DNA of 64,000 nucleotides from an uncultured Clostridium sp. (GTDB lineage: Bacteria > Bacillota > Clostridia > TANB77 > CAG-508): contig USGY01000001.1 in NCBI GenBank assembly GCA_900554365.1, forward strand, positions 91,214 to 155,213. The letters are read 5' to 3'. Below the pieces are notes generated by a model. That model searched no databases. It was given only the letters and a program-made list of their open reading frames with translations, and was not told the DNA's origin. The position numbers and the translations under genes are program-made. Shown here one piece after another: positions 1 to 9,985 of this stretch (positions are counted from its first letter, which is position 1; each line of letters starts with the position of its first letter).

Positions 1-1
1 T

Positions 2-478
2 GAAGATTTATTAGATAAATTTGGTGGGCATAGTATGGCTGTTGGACTTACATTAAAACAGGAAAATTTATCTGAATTTTATAAAAGATTTGAAGATTTT
101 GCTAAAGAAAGTAAAATTGAGGAAATAGTACCTATAATAAATGTAGATGCTAAAATCGAATTAAGTGATATTAATAAAAAAGTTATAGAAGACTTAAAAC
201 AATTAGAGCCGTTTGGAGAAGCCAATAAAATGCCAATTTTTGCATTAAAAAATGTAAAGATTGATTCAATTAGATCATTATCAGATGGTAAACATTTAAA
301 ATTAACATTAAGAGAAAAAAATCAAGTTATAAGTGCAATTGGATTTAATATTGGTAATTTGGTAAATGAATATAAAATAGGTGACAGAATTGATATTGCA
401 GGAACATTAGAAATTAATACATATAACGGAATGGAAAATTTACAAATTAATATAAAAGATGTAAAAAAATCAATTTAA
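2..478 (+). CDS. recJ: RecJ-family ssDNA exonuclease, C-terminal fragment (5' end outside window)
   Basis: The ORF is open to the window edge. The C-terminal region resembles RecJ tails, and it sits directly upstream of relA as in many Firmicutes. Call is from memory of the family, not a search. Confidence 0.55.
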   Translation, partial: EDLLDKFGGHSMAVGLTLKQENLSEFYKRFEDFAKESKIEEIVPIINVDAKIELSDINKKVIEDLKQLEPFGEANKMPIFALKNVKIDSIRSLSDGKHLKLTLREKNQVISAIGFNIGNLVNEYKIGDRIDIAGTLEINTYNGMENLQINIKDVKKSI

Positions 479-497
479 TTAAAAAGGGGTGACTCTT

Positions 498-2690
498 ATG
501 AGTGAACAAAAAAACGCATCAATTCAAGATGTTATTGCAAAAAGAAAAGAACATGCAAGAAGAGTAGATACAAAATTAATAATGAGGGCATATAATTATG
601 CCGTAAAACTTCATGGAGACCAATTAAGAAAATCAGGTGAACCATATATAATACATCCTTTAGATGTTGCATACATATTAGCTGACATTGGATTAGATGA
701 TAATACTATTTGTGCAGCATTATTGCATGATGTAGTTGAAGACACAAAAGCGACAGAAGAGGATTTAACACGAGAATTTGGAGAAGAAATTTCTGAAATG
801 GTAGCAGGTGTTACTAAATTAGGAAAAATTTCTTTTGCGTCTGTAGAAGAACAACAAGTTGAAAATTATAGAAAAATGTTTTTAGCTATGGGAAAAGACA
901 TTAGAGTTATTTTAATTAAACTAGCAGATAGATTACATAATATGAGAACTTTAAAATACCTAAAAAGAGATAGACAATTAGCAATAAGCAAAGAAACAAT
1001 GGATTTATATGCACCACTTGCTAACAGATTGGGTGTATATTCTTTAAAATGGGAATTAGAAGATCTAGCATTTAAATATTTATATCCAGATGAATTTCAT
1101 GAATTAGTAGAAGGAATAAACAAAAAAAGAGAAGAAAGACTAAAATTCATTGACGAAATAATGGATAATATTAGAGTAAATTTAAAGAAAAATAAAATAG
1201 ATGCAGAAGTAACAGGTAGAGCAAAACATTTATATTCAATTTATAGAAAAATGAAAAGAGATAATAAAACATTAGACCAAATATATGATTTATTTGCACT
1301 TAGAATATTAGTAAATTCAGTAAAAGATTGTTATGCAGCGTTAGGAGTTGTACATGAAATGTATAGCCCTATGCCAGGAAGGTTTAAAGATTATATTGCT
1401 GTGCCTAAACCTAATATGTATCAATCAATACATACAACTCTATTAGGAGAAAAAGGAACACCATTTGAAGTACAAATACGTACATGGGAAATGCACCGTA
1501 TTGCTGAATATGGTATTGCTGCACATTGGGCATATAAGGAGGCAAGTTATTTTGGAAAAAAACAATCTGTAAAGGTTGAAGATGATAAACTTGCTTGGTT
1601 ACGTGAAACTTTGGAATGGCAAAAAGATATGCAAGATCCTCAAGAATTTTTGGATACATTAAAAACAGAATTGTTCGAGGATGAAGTATATGTATTTACT
1701 CCTAAGGGAAAAATAATAGTATTACCTAGAGGTGCTACACCAATTGATTTTGCATATAATATTCATGCTGAAATTGGTCATCATATGACAGGATGTAAAA
1801 TAAATAGTAAAATGATGCCAATTATTACACCATTAAAAAGTGGTGATATAGTAGAAATAATAACTTCAGATAATTCAAAAGGACCAAGTAGAGATTGGCT
1901 TAAATTTGTAAAAAGTTCAAGTGCTAAAAATAAAATAAAAAGTTGGTTTAAAAAAGCTTTAAAAGCAGAAAACATAGAAAAAGGAAAAGATTTAATTGAC
2001 AAAGAAATAAAGAGAATTGGACTTACACATACAGAATTATTTAAACAAGAATATATAGAACCTATGATGGAAAAATATCATTATAAGGATTTAGATGATA
2101 TGTATGCTGCTGTTGGATTTGGTGCAAATTCAGCGTTTAAAGTAATATCAAGAATATTACAAGAATATAGAAAAGAGCATGAAGAAGAAAGTATTGAAGA
2201 AAAAATAGAAGAATTAGCAAAAGCCAAAAGCGGAAGAACAAAACCATCTAATTCAGGAGTTGTAGTAAAAGGAATAGACAATTGTTTAGTAAAACTTTCA
2301 AAATGTTGTAACCCACTTCCTGGAGATGAAATTGTAGGATATATAACAAAAGGAAGAGGAGTTTCAATACATAGAAAAGATTGTCCTAATTTAAAGAATT
2401 TATTATCAGAAGAAAATAGAATGATAGATGTAGAATGGTATAATGAAAATAAAGAAATATATCAAGCTGACATTGAAATTCGTTCAAATGATAGAGGAGG
2501 CTTATTAGTAGACATATTAAAAGAAATTGGAACAACTAAAGCTAAGATTTTAGGAGTTAATACAAAAACAACAAAAGAAAAAATTGCTATTATTAATATA
2601 ACTTTAGAAGTAGAAAGTTTAGACGAATTAAATAAAGCAATAAAAGTAATTAGAAAAGTAAACAGCGTTTATGATGTAAGACGTATATAA
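498..2690 (+). CDS. relA: bifunctional (p)ppGpp synthetase/hydrolase RelA/SpoT
   Basis: HD hydrolase motif HDVVEDT, synthetase motif GRFKDYIAVPKPNMYQSIHTT, TGS and ACT-like C-terminus. ATG 498 follows AAGGGG; the track ORF starts at GTG 489. Confidence 0.95.
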   Translation: MSEQKNASIQDVIAKRKEHARRVDTKLIMRAYNYAVKLHGDQLRKSGEPYIIHPLDVAYILADIGLDDNTICAALLHDVVEDTKATEEDLTREFGEEISEMVAGVTKLGKISFASVEEQQVENYRKMFLAMGKDIRVILIKLADRLHNMRTLKYLKRDRQLAISKETMDLYAPLANRLGVYSLKWELEDLAFKYLYPDEFHELVEGINKKREERLKFIDEIMDNIRVNLKKNKIDAEVTGRAKHLYSIYRKMKRDNKTLDQIYDLFALRILVNSVKDCYAALGVVHEMYSPMPGRFKDYIAVPKPNMYQSIHTTLLGEKGTPFEVQIRTWEMHRIAEYGIAAHWAYKEASYFGKKQSVKVEDDKLAWLRETLEWQKDMQDPQEFLDTLKTELFEDEVYVFTPKGKIIVLPRGATPIDFAYNIHAEIGHHMTGCKINSKMMPIITPLKSGDIVEIITSDNSKGPSRDWLKFVKSSSAKNKIKSWFKKALKAENIEKGKDLIDKEIKRIGLTHTELFKQEYIEPMMEKYHYKDLDDMYAAVGFGANSAFKVISRILQEYRKEHEEESIEEKIEELAKAKSGRTKPSNSGVVVKGIDNCLVKLSKCCNPLPGDEIVGYITKGRGVSIHRKDCPNLKNLLSEENRMIDVEWYNENKEIYQADIEIRSNDRGGLLVDILKEIGTTKAKILGVNTKTTKEKIAIINITLEVESLDELNKAIKVIRKVNSVYDVRRI

Positions 2691-2707
2691 TGAAAAGAGG
2701 CAGAAAA

Positions 2708-3355
2708 ATGATTTTAAAAGAACTAAAGATTAACACATGGATTGGTGATCCAACAAATTGCTATATTATTTTTGATGAAGAATCAAAAGAAACAATGGTA
2801 ATTGATCCTGCTGGTGATGTCGATAAAATAGAAGAAATGATAAATATATTAAATGGAAAATTAAAATATATTTATTTAACACATTGCCATGGAGACCATA
2901 TAGTAGGTGTAACTGAATTAAAAAATAGATGTGGTGGAAAAGTTTTAATTCATCGTGATGATGCAGAAGGATTAGATAATCCAGATGTAAATTTAACACC
3001 ATATATAATGGAATATCCAATTGAATTAGAAGCAGATTCTAGAATTGATGATGAGGACTTAATACATCTGGGAGATTTAGAATTTAGAGTAATTCATACA
3101 CCAGGACACACAAAAGGTGGAACATCATTATATTGTGAAAAAGAAAGTTGTTTGTTTTCAGGTGATACATTATTTAGAGGAACATGGGGAAGAACAGACT
3201 TACCTACAGGAAGTATAGAAGATATTATGGATTCAATAGTAAATAAATTAATGATATTGCCTGATGACACAATTTGTTATCCAGGACATGGTTTAAGTAC
3301 CAAAATTGGAGATGAAAAACCAATTTATTTAGAATTAAAACCAAAATTACCATAG
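2708..3355 (+). CDS. MBL-fold metallo-hydrolase (glyoxalase II-like)
   Basis: HxHxDH motif (THCHGDH) and HTPGHT. ATG 2708 is preceded by AAGAGG; the track ORF starts at 2690. Confidence 0.85.
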   Translation: MILKELKINTWIGDPTNCYIIFDEESKETMVIDPAGDVDKIEEMINILNGKLKYIYLTHCHGDHIVGVTELKNRCGGKVLIHRDDAEGLDNPDVNLTPYIMEYPIELEADSRIDDEDLIHLGDLEFRVIHTPGHTKGGTSLYCEKESCLFSGDTLFRGTWGRTDLPTGSIEDIMDSIVNKLMILPDDTICYPGHGLSTKIGDEKPIYLELKPKLP

Positions 3356-3384
3356 GTTATAAACAATAAAAAGGAGGAATTTAC

Positions 3385-4668
3385 GTGGCAAAAACAGAAC
3401 CAAGAACATTACCAGGATTTATGGAATTATTACCAAGTGAGCAAATATTGTTTAATCAAATGAAGTCAACAATAGAAGATACATATAAAAGATTTGGATT
3501 TTTACCATTAGATACACCAGTAATTGAACTTTCAGAAGTATTACTTGCTAAAGCTGGAGGAGAAACAGAAAAACAAATATATAGATTTAATAAAGGAGAT
3601 CATGATTTATCATTAAGATTTGATTTAACAGTACCACTTGCAAAATATGTAGCTAAAAATTATGGAAATTTAAGTTTCCCATTTAGAAGATATCAAATAG
3701 GAAAAGTATATAGAGGAGAAAGAACTCAAAAAGGTAGATTTCGTGAGTTTTATCAATGTGATATAGATATTATAGGTGATGGTGAATTAGATTTAATAAA
3801 TGATGCAGAATTACCAAGTGTAATTTATACTATATTTACAAAATTAGGATTTCAAAACTTTACAATTAGGATTAATAACAGAAAAATATTAAATGGATTA
3901 TTTGAAAGTTTAGAGCTAAATGATAAAGCAACAGAAATCTTAAGAATAATTGATAAAATTGACAAAATTGGTAAAGATGCTGTTATAGAAGAATTAGAAA
4001 AAATTGAAGTCAATAAAGAAGCAATAAATAAAATAATGGAATTTATTGCAATTGAAGGAACTTCAGATGAAAAATTACAAAAATTAAAAGAACTAAAAAT
4101 TGAAAATGAAATATATAAAAAAGGTGTAGGAGAATTAGAATATGTTGTAAAACATATGAGATTATTTGAAATTCCTGAAAATAATTTTTCTGTAGATTTA
4201 ACAATTGCTAGAGGTTTAGACTATTATACAGGAACTGTTTATGAAACATTTTTAAATGATTATAGAGAATTAGGAAGTGTATGTTCAGGTGGAAGATATG
4301 AAAATTTGGCTGAACATTATACAGATAAAAAACTACCTGGTGTTGGAATATCAATAGGTCTAACAAGATTATTTTATAAATTAAATGAAATGAATTTAAT
4401 TAAAGCAGATAAAAAATCAGTAGCAGATGTTTTAATAATTCCAATGGTAGAAGATTTAAGTGTACCAATTAAAATTGCTAATAAATTAAGAAAAGAAGGA
4501 AAAAATACAGAAATTTATTTAAATAATAAAAAATTAAAAGCAAAATTTAAATATGCTGATAAGCTTGAAATACCTTATGTAGTAATAATTGGTGAAGATG
4601 AAATAAAAGAAAGAAAATATACCTTAAAAAATATGAAAACTGGAGAAGAAGAGAAAGTAGATTTTTAA
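3385..4668 (+). CDS. hisS: histidine--tRNA ligase
   Basis: Class II aaRS motifs RYQIGKVYRGERTQKGRFREFYQCD and GGRYENL. GTG start after AAGGAGG. Confidence 0.9.
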   Translation: MAKTEPRTLPGFMELLPSEQILFNQMKSTIEDTYKRFGFLPLDTPVIELSEVLLAKAGGETEKQIYRFNKGDHDLSLRFDLTVPLAKYVAKNYGNLSFPFRRYQIGKVYRGERTQKGRFREFYQCDIDIIGDGELDLINDAELPSVIYTIFTKLGFQNFTIRINNRKILNGLFESLELNDKATEILRIIDKIDKIGKDAVIEELEKIEVNKEAINKIMEFIAIEGTSDEKLQKLKELKIENEIYKKGVGELEYVVKHMRLFEIPENNFSVDLTIARGLDYYTGTVYETFLNDYRELGSVCSGGRYENLAEHYTDKKLPGVGISIGLTRLFYKLNEMNLIKADKKSVADVLIIPMVEDLSVPIKIANKLRKEGKNTEIYLNNKKLKAKFKYADKLEIPYVVIIGEDEIKERKYTLKNMKTGEEEKVDF

Positions 4669-4675
4669 GGAAAAT

Positions 4676-4705
4676 AAAAAGGGACTAAAAAGCAGTCCCT
4701 TTTAT
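4676..4705. terminator. bidirectional rho-independent terminator (hisS / crp-like)
   Basis: GGGACT(4681-4686)/AGTCCC(4694-4699) hairpin flanked by an A-run and a T-run. Confidence 0.7.
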
Positions 4706-5334
4706 TTATATAATAAAGTTATTTTATTTCCATCTTTTTTTATAAATCCATCTTCTTTTAGAATTTTGAGTTCACGCATCATTGCACTTCTATCAACACT
4801 TAAATAATCTGCTAAATCAGTTAATGAAAGAGGTAATTTAATTATTTTGCTTAATGTTCTAGTTGATAAAAAAGTAAAATATCCTAATAATTTATCACGT
4901 GTGGAACGCTTAGTTAAAAGTTCTACTCTCATATTTAAATTGGTTATTTTATTTAAAATCAATTCTGGTAAATATTCAGAAAGTTGTTGATGAAATTTAC
5001 AATTATTTTTACATTTTGTATGTATATTATTATATGCGTAAAATAAAACTTCACATTTTTCACGTGCTTCTACTAGAAGTTCATTATTTAGTGTTACATC
5101 ATAAAAAACTTCACCAAAAATATCTGTATCAGTAAAATGTTCAACAATAGTTCTATTACCATTTAAATCATAACGCACTAAGTCTGCATTTCCATGTACT
5201 AAAATGCAAAATTGATTTCTTTTTTCTATATATGTTGTAATAACTTCGTTTTTTTCAAAGGTTTTCTTTTGTACTTTACAGCAATTATTTGCAAATTGAT
5301 TAATAAACTCTTTAATATCAAAACTTAGATTCAT
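4702..5334 (-). CDS. Crp/Fnr-family transcriptional regulator
   Basis: cNMP-binding-like N-domain plus C-terminal HTH (LTDLADYLSVDRSAMMRELKILKEDG). ATG at 5334; an alternative GTG lies at 5343. Confidence 0.8.
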   Translation of the reverse strand: MNLSFDIKEFINQFANNCCKVQKKTFEKNEVITTYIEKRNQFCILVHGNADLVRYDLNGNRTIVEHFTDTDIFGEVFYDVTLNNELLVEAREKCEVLFYAYNNIHTKCKNNCKFHQQLSEYLPELILNKITNLNMRVELLTKRSTRDKLLGYFTFLSTRTLSKIIKLPLSLTDLADYLSVDRSAMMRELKILKEDGFIKKDGNKITLLYK

Positions 5335-5403
5335 ATATATCACACTTCTTTAAATTATTATAAAAAGATTATAATATAAAAAATATTAAATTGTCAACAA
5401 AAA

Positions 5404-5417
5404 GTTGCAAATGCAAC
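5404..5417. promoter_or_regulatory. candidate operator, perfect inverted repeat GTTGC-AAAT-GCAAC
   Basis: 14-bp perfect palindrome about 61-70 nt upstream of the Crp/Fnr-like gene start. A second copy lies at 5561-5574. Confidence 0.45.
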
Positions 5418-5560
5418 TTTTAACGTTGAAATAATTTGATATAAATATACGTAAATTGTAGCAATAATTTTAAAATTATTGTAATATTTTTGTAACATAA
5501 ATGTAATATAGAGTTATATTCTTACAACAATGCAATTTTCAAAATTCGACAAACTTTTTT

Positions 5561-5574
5561 GTTGCTTTTGCAAC
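5561..5574. promoter_or_regulatory. candidate operator, perfect inverted repeat GTTGC-TTTT-GCAAC
   Basis: Same 5-4-5 palindrome, 62 nt upstream of the nrdD ATG (5636). Confidence 0.45.
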
Positions 5575-5635
5575 GGAAAATTGTTTTTTTTAATATATAA
5601 TAAGAGCATAAAAATACTTGAGGAGGAAATGTAAA

Positions 5636-7762
5636 ATGAAAGTTATTAAAAGGGATGGACGAGCTGTAGACTTTGATAGAGAAAAGATTCGTGTTGCTAT
5701 ATCAAAAGCCAATAAAGAAGTAAAACCACGTGAAAGAGCATCAAAAGAGGAAGTAAATGAAATAATTACTTATATTGAAGAATTAGGTAAAAAAAGAATG
5801 CTTGTTGAAGACATTCAAGATGTAATTGAAGAAAAATTAATGGAATTTAAAAAATATGAATTATCTAAAAAATATATTGTATATCGTTATACAAGAGCTT
5901 TAGTTAGAAAACAAAATACAACAGATGAATCAATACTTGGGTTAATAAGAAATGAAAACAAAGAATTAGCAGAAGAAAATTCAAATAAAAATACTACTCT
6001 TGCTTCAACACAAAGAGATTATATAGCAGGAGAAGTTTCAAGAGATTTAACAAAAAGAATATTATTACCAGAAAAAATATCAAAAGCACATGCAGAAGGA
6101 ATTTTACATTTTCATGATATGGACTATTTTGTTCAACCAATATTTAATTGCTGTTTGATAAATATCGGAGATATGTTAGACAATGGAACTGTAATGAATG
6201 GAAAAATGATTGAAACTCCAAAAAGTTTCCAAGTTGCTTGTACAGTTACAACACAAATTATAGCAGCAGTTGCTAGTAATCAATATGGTGGACAATCAGT
6301 AGATTTAATCCATTTAGGAAAATATTTAAGAAAAAGTTATGAAAAATTTAAAAATGAAATAGAATCAAAGTATAAAAAGAAACTTAAAGAAAGTGTTATT
6401 GAAGATCTTGTACAAACAAGATTAAAAGCCGAATTAAAAGCAGGTGTACAAACAATTCAATATCAAATAAACACTTTAATGACAACAAATGGTCAATCAC
6501 CTTTTGTAACATTATTTTTACATTTAGACAAAGATGATCCATATTTAAAAGAAAACGCTCAAATTATTGAAGAAGTTTTAAGACAAAGATATGAGGGGAT
6601 AAAAAACGAACAAGGTGTATATGTAACACCAGCATTTCCAAAACTAGTTTATGTTTTAGATGAATTTAATAATTTAACAGGTGGTAAATATGATTATCTA
6701 ACAAGAATGGCTGTTAAATGTTCAGCTAAAAGAATGTATCCTGATTATATATCAGCTAAAAAAATGCGTGAAAATTATGAAGGAAATGTTTTCAGCCCAA
6801 TGGGATGCAGAAGCTTTTTAGTTCCATGGAAGGATGAAAATGGAAATTATAAATTTGAAGGAAGATTTAATCAAGGTGTTGTAAGCATTAATTTACCTCA
6901 AATTGCAATAATAGCTGATGGAGATGAAAACAAGTTCTGGAAATTGTTAGATGAAAGACTAGAATTGTGTAAAGAAGCATTGATGTGTAGACATTATGCA
7001 CTTATGGGAACAACTTCAGATGTAAGCCCAGTACATTGGCAATATGGAGCTATTGCAAGACTTAAAAAAGGTGAGAAGATAGATAAATTATTAATGGGTG
7101 GATATTCAACTATATCTTTAGGATATATAGGAATATATGAAACAACAAAATTAATGAGAGGAGTTTCTCATACTACTCCAGAAGGACGTAAATTTGCAAT
7201 GAAAATTATGCATACTTTAAAAGATGCAACAGAAAAATGGAGAAAAGAAACAAATATAGGATTTTCATTATATGGTACACCAGCAGAAAGTTTATGTTAC
7301 AGATTTGCTAAAATTGATAAAGAGAGATTTGGTACAATAAAAGATGTAACAGATAAAGGATATTACACAAATTCATATCATGTAGATGTTAGAGAAAAAA
7401 TTGACGCTTTTGAAAAATTATCATTTGAAAGTGAATTCCAAAGTATTTCTACAGGTGGATGTATTTCATACATAGAAATACCTAATATGGCTAAAAACTT
7501 GGATGCATTAGAATCAGTTGTTAAATTTATTTACGATAATATTCAATATGCTGAATTTAATACAAAATCAGATTATTGTCATGTTTGTGGATATGATGGA
7601 GAAATTATTATAAATAAAGATAATGAATGGGAATGCCCAAATTGCGGAAATAAAGATCATAATAAATTAACTGTTGTTAGAAGAACTTGCGGATATTTAG
7701 GAGAAAATTTCTGGAATGTAGGAAAAACTAAAGAAATAAAACAAAGAGTAATGCATTTATAA
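5636..7762 (+). CDS. nrdD: anaerobic ribonucleoside-triphosphate reductase (class III)
   Basis: ATP-cone N-terminus (VIKRDGRAVDFDREKI), C-terminal Zn site CHVCGY...CPNCG, glycyl-radical motif RRTCGYLG. RBS GAGGAGG. Confidence 0.95.
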   Translation: MKVIKRDGRAVDFDREKIRVAISKANKEVKPRERASKEEVNEIITYIEELGKKRMLVEDIQDVIEEKLMEFKKYELSKKYIVYRYTRALVRKQNTTDESILGLIRNENKELAEENSNKNTTLASTQRDYIAGEVSRDLTKRILLPEKISKAHAEGILHFHDMDYFVQPIFNCCLINIGDMLDNGTVMNGKMIETPKSFQVACTVTTQIIAAVASNQYGGQSVDLIHLGKYLRKSYEKFKNEIESKYKKKLKESVIEDLVQTRLKAELKAGVQTIQYQINTLMTTNGQSPFVTLFLHLDKDDPYLKENAQIIEEVLRQRYEGIKNEQGVYVTPAFPKLVYVLDEFNNLTGGKYDYLTRMAVKCSAKRMYPDYISAKKMRENYEGNVFSPMGCRSFLVPWKDENGNYKFEGRFNQGVVSINLPQIAIIADGDENKFWKLLDERLELCKEALMCRHYALMGTTSDVSPVHWQYGAIARLKKGEKIDKLLMGGYSTISLGYIGIYETTKLMRGVSHTTPEGRKFAMKIMHTLKDATEKWRKETNIGFSLYGTPAESLCYRFAKIDKERFGTIKDVTDKGYYTNSYHVDVREKIDAFEKLSFESEFQSISTGGCISYIEIPNMAKNLDALESVVKFIYDNIQYAEFNTKSDYCHVCGYDGEIIINKDNEWECPNCGNKDHNKLTVVRRTCGYLGENFWNVGKTKEIKQRVMHL

Positions 7763-7780
7763 AATAGTAAATAAAAAAAT

Positions 7781-7818
7781 GAGATTTGAGTTAATTATAA
7801 TTCAAATCCCATTTTTTT
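7781..7818. terminator. bidirectional terminator (nrdD / gatD)
   Basis: GAGATTTGA / TCAAATCCC hairpin followed by a T-run. Confidence 0.6.
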
Positions 7819-8564
7819 TAATTATTTTCTAAAAATCTTTTTAGTAATTGCTCTCTACATAAGTTTTCAAATGTATCATCTAAAGACTCTAAAGCAAAAT
7901 TTTCATTATATTTTCTGTCTAAACAATATTTTATAATATAATCAGCAAGTTCTGGATTTTTAGAAAGTAGGGGGCCATGTAAATAAGTTGCTATTACATT
8001 TTCTTTAAAAAATCCTTCTTTTGTATCATCAAATTTATTTCCATAACCATAAAGTACATCACCAAATGGAGTAGTAATATTAAATGTTTGACCACCATGA
8101 TTTCCAAATCCTATAACTTTTGTTTCTTTTCCATTTAAATTTGTATTAATAACAATATTTCCAATACATCTTTTTTTTCTATCAGCTAAAGCTTCTGTAT
8201 AATAATCAAAAACGCCTAATCCTGGAATTACAGTACCTTCAACATCTTTATAATATTTTCCAAATAATTGATAAGCTCCACAGATTAATAAGAAAAATAC
8301 ACCATTATCAACTGCTTTTGAGATATCATCTTTATATTGTATTAAATCTTTAGATAAAATACTTTGTTCTTGGTCTGCGCCTCCACCTGCAAAGACCAAA
8401 TCATAATCGTTAAAGTTAGGAGCTTTATCACCAATAGAATAGGGAACGATAGTAGCTTTTATTCCACGTTTTTCTAGTCTATAGCGTAATACTTGTATAT
8501 TGCCAAAGTCTCCATATAATTCTAGTATATCTGGGTATAAATATAATATTTTTAATTCTTTCAT
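7818..8564 (-). CDS. gatD: lipid II isoglutaminyl synthase, glutaminase subunit (CobQ-like GATase)
   Basis: GATase-1-like with Cys in LLICGAYQLF and HGPLL. Lies directly downstream of murT. ATG 8564 is preceded by GGAGG. Confidence 0.8.
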   Translation of the reverse strand: MKELKILYLYPDILELYGDFGNIQVLRYRLEKRGIKATIVPYSIGDKAPNFNDYDLVFAGGGADQEQSILSKDLIQYKDDISKAVDNGVFFLLICGAYQLFGKYYKDVEGTVIPGLGVFDYYTEALADRKKRCIGNIVINTNLNGKETKVIGFGNHGGQTFNITTPFGDVLYGYGNKFDDTKEGFFKENVIATYLHGPLLSKNPELADYIIKYCLDRKYNENFALESLDDTFENLCREQLLKRFLENN

Positions 8565-8577
8565 TTTTTCCTCCACA

Positions 8578-9900
8578 TTATTTTTGATTTATATTAAAGA
8601 TTTCTTTTCTTGTAGGTTGTAAAGAAGTATAATTTGCAATAACATATTTTTTAGTATTGGTTTTATATAAGTTTTCAACAGCTTCATGTAAATTTAAGTA
8701 GGCTTCTATTTTACTTGCATCAAATCCTGATGTTTTTATTCTAATAGCAATGTCATAAGCTCTTTTTCCTGATGTTATAATTCTTTTTACATTATTTAAG
8801 TTATCAAAATTTATGTCCCATATCCATGAAACATCAAATCCATCTGCGATGTTGTCATTTAAAACAAAAAGTAAATCTTTTTCATCATCATCTTCATTTA
8901 ATATTCTAAGACTAACATTACATCCTGTTGGATTTTTTGCTAAATTTATAATTGTTGGGATATTGTTAATTTCAACTTCTTCAAGTCTACCATTATTTAA
9001 TACAAATTTTGATAATGCTTTTTGGATTATTGAAGTATCAATATCATATAAGCTTACTGCAGAAATTACTGCAACAAAATTATAAATATTATAAATACTG
9101 TTAAATCTGATTTTATATGTAATGTCATCTACCACAAAGGTTCTATTTTTTAAATCAACGTTTGTTGCTAATTTATAAATTTCATTGTTTCCGTAGCCAC
9201 AATTAGGACATTTAAATTTACCGATATGAGAATATTGATAATATTCATATTCAAGTCGAGTTTTACAAAATGGGCAGAATTTTCCTTCTCCAGCTTCTTT
9301 TTCTGTATCTGTTGCATATTTATAACGTTCAACACTAAAATAATAAACATTTTTGTTTTCAGGATTTGCTTTGCCTAGTCTTGCAACATTTGGATCATCA
9401 TTATTTAAAATTAAGTTTCCTGTATAAGTTTTTAAAAATTCATTTATTTTTAGTATTAATGTTTCAACTTCGCCATTTCTATCTAATTGATCTCTAAAGA
9501 AATCTAGTATTACAAGTGTATCTAATCTAAAATCTTTAAAAACGATTGGAACATAACCTTCGTCAACTTCAAATACTAAGAAGTCAGCTTTAATTTTTCC
9601 TGTTAAAGTGCAGTTCTTTAATATTGTAGAAAGTATGCCTGTTTCCATGTTGTTTCCTTCGACATTGCTAACAACTTTTTTTTCGGCTGTTTTTAAAACA
9701 TATCCAATTGCATTATTTGTCATTGTTTTTCCATTTGTTGCAGTAACTGCAATTACAGGACAATTTACTTTGAAATATTTAAAAATAGTTGGATTCCATT
9801 TGTAGGCAATTTTACCTAAAAAATTTCCACCGTTTTTACCAGCGATTTTTAATGCTATATTTAATAATTTCATAATTAAAATGATAAAAAAATTCTTCAT
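8578..9900 (-). CDS. murT: lipid II isoglutaminyl synthase, Mur-ligase-like subunit
   Basis: ATP site TATNGKT, Cys4 ribbon CPFC...CPNCG, Mur ligase architecture. ATG 9900 follows AGGAG; the track ORF extends to 9930. Confidence 0.85.
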   Translation of the reverse strand: MKNFFIILIMKLLNIALKIAGKNGGNFLGKIAYKWNPTIFKYFKVNCPVIAVTATNGKTMTNNAIGYVLKTAEKKVVSNVEGNNMETGILSTILKNCTLTGKIKADFLVFEVDEGYVPIVFKDFRLDTLVILDFFRDQLDRNGEVETLILKINEFLKTYTGNLILNNDDPNVARLGKANPENKNVYYFSVERYKYATDTEKEAGEGKFCPFCKTRLEYEYYQYSHIGKFKCPNCGYGNNEIYKLATNVDLKNRTFVVDDITYKIRFNSIYNIYNFVAVISAVSLYDIDTSIIQKALSKFVLNNGRLEEVEINNIPTIINLAKNPTGCNVSLRILNEDDDEKDLLFVLNDNIADGFDVSWIWDINFDNLNNVKRIITSGKRAYDIAIRIKTSGFDASKIEAYLNLHEAVENLYKTNTKKYVIANYTSLQPTRKEIFNINQK

Positions 9901-9985
9901 ATTGATTCTCCTAAATTCTTTTTTTGCCATTATATCATATTGATATTTTTTAGTCTATATAGTAAAATATTTTGGGTGAAAAATA

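Noticed and set aside
5326-5343. 18-nt identity GTGATATATATGAATCTA at the start of the crp-like gene (minus strand) and at 20920-20937 (start of the DUF3006 gene)
   Set aside because: The match is short and AT-rich, and in both cases it covers an RBS-to-start region. It is most likely coincidence, and no flanking similarity exists.
5344-5635. Cobalamin riboswitch or NrdR boxes upstream of nrdD
   Set aside because: I could recognise no B12-box-like sequence and no NrdR-type 16-bp boxes. Only the GTTGC-N4-GCAAC dyads stand out.
7763-7817. Expected nrdG activase gene after nrdD
   Set aside because: It is absent. nrdD is followed directly by a terminator and the convergent gatD. The activase is presumably encoded elsewhere, and this is not informative by itself.
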